In this document: in pieces, positions 52,217 through 64,000 of the stretch | Layout of the letters: the number at the start of each line of letters is the position of its first letter | Numbering within the stretch: the stretch's first letter is position 1 | Origin: Anaeramoeba ignava BMAN | Lineage: Eukaryota > Protista > Anaeramoebae | Direction of reading: 5' to 3' | Assembly (NCBI GenBank): GCA_028826165.1 | Contig: JAPDFW010000133.1 | Span: 72,324 to 136,323, forward strand | Length of the DNA: 64,000 nt | Notes under the pieces: model-generated | What the model saw: the letters and a program-made list of their open reading frames with translations, nothing else | The model's database searches: none | Told to the model about the DNA's origin: nothing | Translations under genes and position numbers: made by a program

Positions 52217-55200
52217 TTAATTTTGATTTTCTTCTTGAATTTCATTTTGATTTTCATTTTGATTTTCATTTTGATTTTCATTTTGATTTTCATTTTGATT
52301 TTCATTTTGATTTTCATTTTGTTTTTCATTTTGATTTTCTTCTTGTTTTTCATTTTGATTTTCATCTTGTTTTTCATTTTGTTTTTCATTTTGATTTTCA
52401 TTTTGATTTTCTTCTTGATTTTGGTTTGCATTTTCTTTTGGTTTACATGTTCTACACATTGGTAAATTCCATTCTTTTTTTGTAACTTTAATATCAGGAG
52501 AAAATTCACTAACAATACTACGAACTTCTTTAATTACTTCTTCATAACCTTCAGGTTTAAAAGGAATATCACTTGTAAAATAAACATTTTTCAAATTATC
52601 TATTTTTCTTGAATTTGGAATTCTTGAAATACAAGTAAAATATCCTCCCCAAATTACTTGTGGTTTATCTTCACTTTTTTCATCTAAACTAAATAATTCA
52701 TTTATAATAGGTTTTAAATGTTCTTCTGCTGAAATGTTTTCTTCACAAATTGTAGATATATGAACAACAACTATTTTATCAAATCAAAACAATTTTTAAT
52801 TTTGATTTTTGATTTTAATTTTAATTTTAATTTAATTTTAATTTTAATTTTAATTTTGATTTTAATTTTAATTTTGATTTTGATTTTAATTTTAATTTTA
52901 ATTTTAATTTTAATTTTAATTTTAATTTTAATTTTAATTTTAATTTTAATTTTAATTTTAATTTTAATTTTAATTTTAATTTTAATTTTAATTTTAATTT
53001 TAATTTTAATTTTAATTTTAATTTTAATTTTAATTTTAATTTTGAATTTTTAATTTTAATTTTGAATTTTAATTTTAATTTTAATTTTAATTTTAATTTT
53101 AATTTTAATTTTAATTTTAATTTTAATTTTAATTTTAATTTTGAAATAAATTTTAATTTTAATTTTGAAATAAATTTTAATTTTAAATAAAAATAAAAGC
53201 TACATAAATCTCTTGGAGAAGCTTCAAAAGAAAAACCTGTTTGAAGAACATGAATAGAACTCTTAAAGGAATTTGAAGGGGGAATAACAAGAATGGAAGA
53301 ATTTTCTTCTTGAGAAAAAAGAGATCTATCTGTAATTAAAATAGATCTTGAAATAAATTGGTGAGAAAAACGATGAATAGGATTTTTAGAGTTATCAAGA
53401 ATAAGATAAGAAGGGGATAAAAAGAGGGAATTTGAACGAATAATTCTTCCAGAAGAATCAACAATGCCTAAAAATTGATGATTATTTTTATCAACAATAA
53501 TTTTTTGGATTCCATTGCTTAAAATAAAAGTAGCTCCATAAACAGCTGAAAGTCGTGAAAATGCTTGAGTATATTCACTACATCCATAAAGACACCAAAG
53601 TAATGGTGTTTCTCTATTAAATCTTGCTTGTGAATCTAAATATCTTGATATCAATCTTAATCCTTCTTTTGTTTTTATTTTTCTTTCTTTTTCTGTTTCT
53701 TGATTTTCCATTATCATTGATATACAATATAAAACAAATTCTTGAATCATTTCTGTTAAATTTTGTTGCTTTAAAAATTCTGTAAATGGTTCTTCTAATG
53801 TTTTTGTGATTTCTTCTTGCTCTTCTTGTGTTAATGATTTGTTTAAATAATTCGTACATTTTTGGAAAAATTTCATAATATATCTTTTTTCAGCTAAACT
53901 TAAATCAGATTTAAATACGTCTTTTTTTGTGCAAGGAACCTAAAATAAATTTTAATTTTAATTTTGAAATGAATTTTGATTTTGATTTTAAAATGAATTT
54001 TAAATTTAAATTTTAATTTTGATTTTGATTTTAATTTTAAAATGAATTTTAATTTAAATTTTGATTTTGATTTTAATTTTTAATTTTGATTTTAAATTTA
54101 AATTTTAATTTAAATTTAAATTTTAAATTTTAATTTTAATTTAATTTTAAATTTAAATTTTAATTTTGATTTTGAAATGAATTTTAATTTTAAAGTTGAT
54201 TTTTACTTTCTCTTTTTTGTTTTCATATAAAATATAAATTCCTTCAAATAATCTGAATTCTAAATATTTTGAAACATCAAGAAGTGTTAATAAATCAACA
54301 AATTTTCCTCTAGCAAAAGCCCAAAAAGGAATAATATCAATATTAAAAGAACGGTAATTTTGGGTTGCATAAATACATTTTTCAGAAACAGATTGATCTT
54401 TTAATTCTTGTTTAATTTCTTGTTTAATTTCATCTTTTGTTTCTTCTTTTAATTCTTGTTTAATTTCTTCTTTTAATTCTTGTTTAATTTCTTCTTTTAA
54501 TTCTTGTTTAATTTCTTCTATAATTTCATCTTTAATTCCATCTTTAATTCCATCTTTAATTTCATCTTTAGTTTCATCTTTAGTTTCATCTTTAATTTCA
54601 TCTTTAGTTTCATCTTTTGTTTCATCTTTTGTTTCATCTTTTGTTTCATTTTTTGTTTCATCTTTTGTTTCATCTTTTGTTTCATCTTTTGTTTCTTCTT
54701 TAATTTCTTCTTTTGTTTCTTCTTTTGTTTCATCTTTTGTTTCTTCTTTAATTTCTTCTATAATTTCATCTTTAATTCCATCTTTTGTTTCTTCTTTTGT
54801 TTCATCTTTTGTTTCTTCTTTTGTTTCTTCTTTTGTTTCTTCTTTTGTTTCTTCTTTAAAAGGAATTAAAACCCATTCACCTAAATTATGCTCAACAATC
54901 ATTCTTTCTGGAAAAATTAAAGACATTCCTTGAACTTGATTTTGATTTTCAATTACTTCTAATAAATATTCGTTTTCTTTATTAATTGAATTTTCCCAAT
55001 TAAATTGATTTTGTTTTTCATCTTGATTTTGATTTTCATCTTGATTTTCTTTTTGATTTTCATTTTGATTTTCTTTTTGATTTTGTTTTTCATCTTCATT
55101 TTGATTTTCTTTTTGATTTTCATCTTGATTTTCTTTTTGATTTTCATCTTGTTTTTCTTTTTGATTTTGTTTTTCATTCATTTGTTTATTCCACCAAATA

Positions 55201-55432
55201 AGAAAAGATTTCAAATTAAAAGAGCCTAATTGTTCTCCATAATAATCATTTTTATCAATATGAGTTACATTTCGTGTTCCTTCTGAAAATATTCTGTTTT
55301 AGAATTTAATATTTTTTTTTTTTGGAATGTTTAATTTTTTTTTATATTTTTTATATTTAAATTTTTTTACGATGAAAGAATTGAATTAACAAGTCCAGTT
55401 CCTGCAATTAAAATATCAGAATTTAAATCCAT
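52217..55432 (-). CDS. CHM: Rab escort protein (REP/CHM/Mrs6; GDI superfamily), 4 exons
   Basis: Exons 55432-55371, 55293-54207, 53939-53204, 52770-52217. DILIAGTGLVNSILS, HIDKNDYYG, RSFNIDI..YLEFR, VPCTKKDVF..LAEKRYIMKF, YGCSEYTQAFSRLSAVYGA; the long N-terminal insertion is REP-type. Confidence 0.88.
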
Positions 55433-55591
55433 TTAAATTTTTTGTTAAAAAAAAAATGAAAAAAATGAAAAAAATGAAAAATAAAAAATAAAAATTAAAT
55501 GAAAAAATTAAATGAAAAACGTTTTCTTTGAAATTCAAAATCAATTTTAAATTCAAATTAAAAGAAAAAAAAACGTTTTCTTTTCAAAAAT

Positions 55592-58500
55592 TCAATTCAA
55601 AATTAAATTTTCAATATTTTTTAAATATAAATCAATTATTGAATTTTGATTTAATTGATAATAATCTTTAACATCTTCTAATTCTTCAATAATTTTTGGA
55701 TTTAAATTTTTTTCATCTAATTCATCATGATAAATAAAATAAATTAATTGTTGAATTGTTTCAAATGATTTCCCAGTATAATCATGAACTTTGATTTGAA
55801 GAATCATTAACAGTTAAAAACATTCCTTTAAATAAATCACTTCTTAATAATAAAATTAATTTATGAGCTTTAATTTGATTTTGATTTTGATTTTGATTTT
55901 GATTTTGATTTTGATTTTGATTTTGATTTTGATTTTGATTTTGATTTTGATTTTGATTTTGATTTTGATTTTGATTTTGATTTTGATTTTGATTTTCATC
56001 TTGATTTTGATTTTGATTTTGAATTTGATTTTGATTTTGATTTTGATTTTGATTTAAATTTTCATCTTGATTTTGATTTTGAATTTGATTTTGATTTTGA
56101 TTTTGAATTTGATTTTGAATTTGATTTTGATTTTGATTTTGATTTTGATTTAAATTTTCATCTTGATTTTCAATTTGATTTTGATTTTGATTTTGATTTT
56201 GATTTTGATTTTGATTTTGATTTTGATTTTGATTTTGATTTTGATTTTGATTTTGATTTTGATTTTGATTTTGATTTTGATTTTGATTTTTGATTTTGAT
56301 TTAAATTTTGATTTTGATTTTGATTTTGATTTTGATTTTGATTTTGATTTTGATTTTGATTTTGATTTTGATTTTGATTTTGATTTTGATTTTGATTTTG
56401 ATTTAAATTTTCATCTTGATTTTGATTTGGACAAATTATTGTAAATTCCTTTTTCAAATCATATAATAATTTAATATCCTTCAAAACTCCTCGTCTTCCT
56501 GACTTTAAAATAATCCAATTAGAATCTAACCCAATTTCTTTGAAAAATTCTTCAATAATTTTTTGTTTTTCAATCCAATTTGAATCAATCGCTTTTTTTT
56601 CTTTTATTTCATCTGTTTCATAATTATAAAAATTATTAAAATATGAATAATATGAATAATAAGGAAAAGTTGAATATGGAGAATAATCTGTTGGATTAAA
56701 AGTGCTTGAATACTCCAAATAATGCTGGAAATACGAATAATACGAATAATAAACTTCTGAATTAAATTGATTATAAAATTCTTCAAAATCACAAAATCCA
56801 GTATAAATAAAATTAAGAGCAAGTTGAACATCTTTTCTTGATTTCTTTTTGCAATTATTGATAAAATTTTGCAAAACTAAGTTATCATTATTGAATCTTA
56901 ATAATAAAATCAATTTATGAACCAAAAAATTTGATGAATCATTGCAAGTAATTTTCAAATCAGCAAAATTTTCATTTGATTTTAATAATTTATCTAAATC
57001 TTGATTCAACGAATAAATTTGAATCAATAAGGGAACGAGATTTTGTGGGATTTTAGATTCTAATGATGAAAAAATAATTGGATCATTTAATAAAAACAAC
57101 TGTCGTATTTTAGCGTCTTTTCCTGTTGATAATAAATAAGGTGTTTGATGTCTAGTGCTTTTGACATTGATATCTGCTCCATTTTCAATGAAAAAATTAA
57201 TCAATTCAAACGAATCTGATTCTCTACAAATTATATGTAATGGTGTTTCGTGATATTTATTTTTGACATTGATATCTGCTCCCTTTTCAACTAAGTATCT
57301 GATAACTTCAATTGATTTGGATTGATAACAAATTATTAATAAAGGTGTTTCTGCGTTTTTGTTTTTGGCATTGATATCTGCTCCTTTTTCAACAAGACAT
57401 TCAATAACTTCAGTTAAATTTTCTTGACAAGCAATGTGTAAAGCTGTTTCTTCGTTTTTGTTTTTGGCATTGATGTCTACTCCTTTTTCAACAAGAAATT
57501 CAACAACTTCAGTTAAATGATTTTGACATGCAATATATAAAGCTGTTTCTTCACTTTTATTTTTGGCATTGATATCTACTCCCTTTTCAATAAGAAATTT
57601 GGCAACTTCAGTTAAATTTTTCTGACAAGCAATATGCAAAGTTGTTTGATCATCTTTTGTTTTGACTTTGATATCTGCTCCTTTTGAAAAAAGCAACTTG
57701 ACAATCTCAATTGCATTTTTGTTTTTTTGATTCTGACAAGCTATTAACAAAGGATTTTCTCCTTCATAATTTTTGGCATTGATATCTGCTCCTTTTTCAA
57801 TTAAGAATTTGATAATCTGAAATGAATTTTCGTTTTCATTTTGACAAACAATAGATAATGCTGATTCTTCATAATAATCTGTTTTGGCATTGATATCTGC
57901 TCCTTTTGAAACAAGAAACTTGACAATCTCAATCGGATTTTGTTGTTCACAAGCTATTAACAAAGGAGTTGCCTTTTCATCATTTTTGGCATTGATATCT
58001 GCTCCTTTTGAAACAAGAAACTTGATGATCTCAATTGCATTTTCATTTTCATTTTGACAAGCTAAATGCAAAGGTGTTTCTTCTTCTTCATTTTTGGCAT
58101 TGATATCTGCTCCTTTTGAAACAAGAAACTTGATGATCTCAAATGAATTTTCGTTGCCATTTTTGCAAATGAAATGCAAAGGTGTTTTTTGTTCTGATGT
58201 TTTGGCATTGATATCTGCTCCTTTTGAAACAAGAAATTTGACAATTTTATTTAATTCTTGATTTTTTTGATTTTGATTTTGACAAATAAAATGAAAAGGA
58301 GTTTCTTCTTCAGTAGTTTTGGCATTTGCATCTACTCCTTTTTCAATCAAGAATTTGATAATCTCAAAAATGTTCTTGTTTTGGCTTTGACAAGCAAAAT
58401 GTAAAGGAGTTTTGTCGTCTTCATTTTTGGCATTGATATCTGCTCCTTTTGAAAAAAGAAATTTGACAATTTCAATTGCATTTTCACTTTCACTTTCACA

Positions 58501-59595
58501 AACAAAATGTAAAGATGTTTTTTCTTCTTCATTTTTGGCATTGATATCTGCTCCTTTTTCAATGAGAAATTTAATAATTTCAAATGTATTTTCATTTTGA
58601 TTTTCATTTTGACAAATAAAATGCAAAGGTGCTTTTTCTTCATTTGTTTGTGAATTAATATCTATTCCTTTTTCGGTTAATAATTTGATAATTTCAAATG
58701 TATTTTCATTTCGATTTTGGCAAATAAAATGCAAAAGTGATTCGTTGTTAATTGTTTTGACATTAACATCTGCTCCTTTTTCAATTAATAACTTGATAAT
58801 TTCAATTGAATTTTGTTGACAAGCAATATGTAGTACTGCTTTATCCTCTTTGGTTTTGGCATTGAAATCTGCTCCGTTATCAATCAAAAATTCAATAATT
58901 TTAATTGAATCTTCATTTTGACTTTGACAAATAAAATGCAAAGATGTTTCGTTATTAATTGTTTTGGCATTAACATCTGCTCCGTTTGAAACAAGAAATT
59001 TGATAATTTCAAATGAATTATGTTGGCAAGCAAAATGTAAAGGTGTCAAATAGTAGTTATTTTTGGCATTAACATTTGCCCCGTTTTCAATTAATAACTT
59101 CACAACTTCAATTGAATTTTGTTGACAAACAAAATGCAAAAGTGATTCTTCATAATTTTTGACATTGATATCTGCTCCTTTTTCAATCAGAAATTTAATA
59201 ATTTCAAATTTATTTTCATTTTGACTTTGACAAATAAAATGTAAAGGTGTTTCATTATTAATTGTTTTGACATTGATATCTGCTCCTTTTTCAATCAGAA
59301 ATTTGATAATTTCAAATTTATTTTCATTTTGACTTTGACAAATAAAATGTAAAGGTGTTTCATTATTAAATGTTTTGGCATTGATATCTGCTCCTTTTTC
59401 AATCAGAAATTTAATAATTTCAAATTTATTTTCATTTTGACTTTGACAAATAAAATGTAAAGGTGTTTCTTTCTTAATTGTTTTGACATTTACATTTGCT
59501 CCTTTTTCAATTAATGATTTGATAATTTCAATTGAATTTTCATTCTGGTTTTTGCAAATAGAAATCAAAATTTTAGTTTCTTCTGATTGATTCAT
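55592..59595 (-). CDS. Ankyrin-repeat (~23 repeats) + tandem BTB-like protein
   Basis: TPLHFxC..IIKFLIEKGADINAK repeats; FADLKI..VHKLILLLR. Continues after the NQ repeat with frameshifts into AHKLILLLRSDLFKGMF..VHDYTGKS (55870-55592). Confidence 0.85.
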
Positions 59596-59670
59596 TTATT
59601 GTTCTTTGAATTAAAAAAAAATGAAAAAATGAAAAAAAAATGAAAAAAAATTAATTTGGAAATTTTGTAA

Positions 59671-62600
59671 TTATTTTCGGAAAAAAGATTTCAAAAGTAA
59701 ATCAATGTTTGAATTCTGATTTAGTTGAAATTTATGTTTAGCATCTCTTAATTCGAAAATAGTTTGTTGATTCATTTGGATATGATGAAAATCATCATGA
59801 TAAAAGAAATAAATCAATTGATATAATGATCGATATGATTTTCTTGAATAATCAAAAAATTTTTCAGGATTTTTTGAACACTTTTTTTGAAAGAATTTAC
59901 TTCTAATCATTAATATTAGTTTATGAGCTTCGATTCCACTTTCTTCAGAAATAATTGTGAAATCTTTTGTTAAATCATCTTGATATAAATTTTGTAAATC
60001 TCTTATAATTCCTTTTCTTCCCCATTTTATTTGAATCCAATCTAAATATAATCTAATTTCTTTGAAAAATTCCTTCAACTGAATCTTTAATTTGTTTTGA
60101 TTTTCAGAAATTCTCATAAATTTCCTTTCAATTTCCTTGCGATTTTTTTGATTATTCCAATCTTTTAATTTTTCAATTTCTTCATAAAATTCAAAATTAG
60201 GAAATCCAGTATAAATAAAATTAAGGATCATTTCAACTTCTTTTTGGCTTTTCATTTTGCATCGATTCACAAATTGAGTGAAAAGTCTTTCATTATTATC
60301 AAGTCTTAATAATAGAATATCTTTATGAACTTTAAATTTGAATCCATTATTAGATTGAATTCCATAATCTGTAAATTGTTTAGATTTAAGAAAATTGTAC
60401 ATATCTTGATTAATTGAATGAATTTTTGAGAATGAGTTAATCATTTTTTCAGAGATTTTTATAAAAGGTAAATCAAAAATTGAAGCACCATTCATTATTA
60501 AAAGATGAGTAATTTCTGGAATATTCACAAAATTAAGAGCTAATGAAAGAGCTGTTTCATTTTCACGATCTTGTTTATTTAGTTCAATTCCTTTTTCAAT
60601 AAGAATTCCAATAGTTTGTTTGATATTTTGAAGTCGATTTTGATATTTTTCAAATTTGCTTTTTACAAGGGATGAATGAGAAATATCGATATTCCTATCA
60701 GAGCCTTTCTTTTCATAACTCTTTAGCTCTTCATAAAGCTTTTGTAAATATCTTAGTTGATGAAAGCATATTAAATGCAAAGCTGTTTGACAATCATTTG
60801 TTTCCAAATTTACATCTGCTCCATTTTGGATTAATGTATTCACAACATCAGATAGGGATTTGCGTTGAAATATGCAAGCTAAATGTAAAGGAGTTTCCTT
60901 GTTTTTATTGCATGAATTGATTTCAGCAGCTATTCCTACTCGAGCTTTTTGTGGTTTAATTTGAGGTTGATCTTGATCCAAATCAATAGACTCTTCTAAA
61001 TTTTCTCTTGTCATTAAAAATTGGATAATGCGAATTGAATATGGGTTGTTGGACATACAAACAAAATGTAAAGGTGTATTTCCATCACTTGTTTCAGTTC
61101 GAAGTTTTGCTTTGTTTTCGTGAAGAAATTGTATGATTTCAAGTGATTTTTTATTTCGAGATTGACAAGCAAAATGTAAAGGTGTTTCTTTGTCTAATGT
61201 TTTGATTTTAACATCAGCTCCATTTTTAACTAGATATTGAACAATTTCATATGCTTTTTGATTTCGAGATTGACAAGCAAAATGAAGAGGTGTTTCCCCG
61301 TTTTTCAAAAGAAATAGAATTTTGGCTTTTTCTTTTTGAAGATATTTGATGATTTCTTTTTCATCTCCCTTTTCCATTTCACAATGAAAAAAGAAAGTTT
61401 TATTCGATTTCCTTCCATCTACAATTTTCACATTTTTTTCATGAAGAAATTCATTAAATTGTTCAATTGTTTTTTCATCATCAACACATGAAAACTGAAG
61501 GCAATTTTTGGGTATTCTGTTTGTGTATTAATTTTTGCTCCTTGATCAACTAAATATTCAACAATTTCAAGTGATTTTTATTTCGAGATTGACAAGCAAA
61601 ATGTAAAGGTGTTTCTCCATATATTGTTTTTGCATGAATATCAAGTCCTTCTTTCATCAAGAATTTCACCAATTCAACAGGGTTTTTTCTCTTAGCATTT
61701 TCACAAGCAACATGCAATAAAGTTTGGTTTTTGAAATTTTGAGTTCTAATATTGGCTCCATAATCAGTAAGTAATTCTATTATCTTGAAAATATTGAAAC
61801 CTTGCCATTTACAAGCGAAGAGTAATGGAGTATCACCAAAATTTAAAGTTTTAATCTCCAGATTTGCTCCTGCAGAAACAATTGTTTCGATTAACTTTAA
61901 ACCAATATTTCTGCGATTTCCACAAGCAATATGCAAAGGTGTTTTTCCTTCGTTATTTTGAGCATTAATATCTGCGTTCTTTCTTATGAAATAATTCACA
62001 ATATGTGGTGAGTTTTTTTTCTGTTCGTTCGTATAACAAACTAAATGCAAAGCAGTATCTCCTTTTTCTGTTTTTGCATTGATATCTGCTCCTTTTTCAA
62101 TTAATAATTTACTCATGTCAGATACATTATCAAGGTCTTGACAAAAGCAAACATTATGTAAAGGTGTTTGTTTATTTTTTTGTGTTTGAGAATTCACATT
62201 AACTCCTTTTTCAATTAATATTTCAATCATTCTAATTGCTTTTCGATTTGTATTTTGGCAAGCATAATGTAAAGGTGTTTTATCATCTGTTGTTTTGTGA
62301 TTCACTTTGGCTCCATTTTTGAATAAGAAATAAGTTATTTCAAGTAAAAATGATTCTTGAAATTTACAAGCAAAATGTAATGGAGTTTTTTTCTTTTCTT
62401 TTGTTTTTGCATTAATTTGTGCTTTTTTTTGGAATAAAAATTTCACAATTTCTAATGCTTTCGAATTTTCATTTTTTTGATATTTGCAAACTAAATGTAA
62501 AGGTGTTTCTCCGTTTGCTGTTGTTTCATGAACTTTTGCTCCTTTTTTAATTAAAAATTTGATAATTTCCAATGATCTCGAATTATCATTTTTACAAGCT

Positions 62601-64000
62601 AAATGTAAAGATGTTTCTTCAATTTCTTTTGTTTTATCATGAATATCTGCTCCTTTGGCAACTAAAAATTGATAATTTCGAATGATTTCAAATTATTGTT
62701 TTTACAAGCTAAATGTAAAGCTGTTTCTCCATAATTTTTTGTTTTAGCATGAATATCTGCTCCTTTGGTAACTAATATTTCAACAATTTCTTGTGAGAAT
62801 TCAGTTTGATATTCACAAACTAAATGCAAAGGTGTTTCTTCATTGAGAGTTTTGGAATTGATATCTGCTCCTTTTTCAATTAATAATTTAACAATTTCTA
62901 TTGTAAATCTTGTTTGATATTGACAAGCTAAATGTAAAGATGTTTCATTATAATTAGTTTTAGAATTTATATCTTCTCCAATTTTAAGCAAATATTTTAT
63001 CATTTTTAATGAAGCTTCTGTTTGATTTTTACAAATAATATGGAATGGTTTTTCTTCATTGAGAATTGAAAATGGAAAATCACCTTTTTGAATGAAAAAT
63101 TCAATTAATTCCAGAATATTTGGTTCATTAAAATGAGAAATTGAGTTTAGTGGTGATTGGAAAAGATCATTATTCTTTTCATTAATATCTGCTCCCTTTT
63201 CAACTAATAATCTATAAATTTTGGCTGAATTATCTTTTGGAGAAATACATTCTAAAGGAATTTTTTCATCTTTGTTTTTTTCATTCACATTTATTCCTTC
63301 TTTTCCAAGTAATAATTGAACAATTTCAAGTGAAGTATTTTGACAAGCAATATGCAAATAAGTATTTTCATCTTTGTTTTTTTCATTCACATTTATTCCT
63401 TCTTTTCCAAGTAATAATTCAACAATTTCCTTTGAATCATTTTGACAAGTAATATGTAAAGGAGTATTTTCATCTTTGTTTTTTTCATTAATATTTATTC
63501 CTTTTTCAATCAAATATTTAATTACTTCTAATGAATTTTCATTGATATTTTGACAAACAAAATGTAAAGGAGTTTCTTTATCTTGGTTTTTTTCATTAAT
63601 ATTTATCCCTTTTTCAATCAGATATTTAATTACTTCTAATGAATTTCCATTGATATTTTGACAAACAAAATGTAAAGGAGTTTCTTTATTTTTGTTTTTT
63701 TCATTAATATTGATTCCTTTTTCAATCAGATATTTAATTACTTCTAATGAATTTCCATTGATATTTTGACAAACAAAATGTAAAGGAGTTTCTTTTATCT
63801 TTGTTTTTTTCATTAATATTTATTCCTTTTTCAATCAGATATTTAATTACTTCTAATGAATTTCCATTGATATTTTGACAAACAAAATGTAAAGGAGTTT
63901 CTTGTTTTTTGTTTTTTTCATTAATATCTATTCCTTTTTCAATCAGATATTTAATTACTTCTAATGAATTTCCATTGATATTTTGACAAACAAAGTGTAA
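59671..64000 (-). CDS. Second ankyrin-repeat + tandem BTB-like protein, 5' end outside the window
   Basis: ORFs 59671-61431, 61550-62572 and 62662-63813 join through 1-bp indels in mid-repeat (e.g. IIN[K]FLVAKGAD at ~62665); C-terminal VHKDILLLR and EAHKLILMIRS. Confidence 0.8.

Overview
Extremely AT-rich, intron-containing eukaryotic DNA. The (NQ)n/(EN)n coding hexamer repeats and the RCC1-, ankyrin- and kelch-BTB families suggest an Anaeramoeba-like metamonad, but this is my inference and was not searched. About 16 protein-coding genes and one tRNA can be built by hand using GT-AG introns: two RhoGAPs, tRNA-Thr(UGU), a PP4/Ppg1-like phosphatase, a 1287-aa Zator/TP36-like transposase derivative, a Rab5-like GTPase, BTB-BACK-TLDc, a giant ST7-like/TPR/RRM gene, RCC1-BTB, YJU2, TAF9, Ras, an AMT1/MTA1 6mA methyltransferase, kelch-BTB, Rab escort protein and two ankyrin-BTB genes. 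Most I/K/L/F/Y-rich ORFs in the track are artefacts of satellites. Scattered 1-bp frameshifts in homopolymers are probably assembly errors. The most interesting signals are: (1) 27-nt complementary arms flanking the 2.4-kb satellite in YJU2 intron 1, looping out a candidate poison micro-exon; (2) long introns each filled with a different satellite; (3) a TTTTCATTTT initiator-like motif 16-90 nt upstream of essentially every start codon; (4) an apparently domesticated transposase; (5) a phosphatase with GNYVDRG and a C-terminal YFQ; (6) nucleosome-sized hairpin repeats next to promoters.
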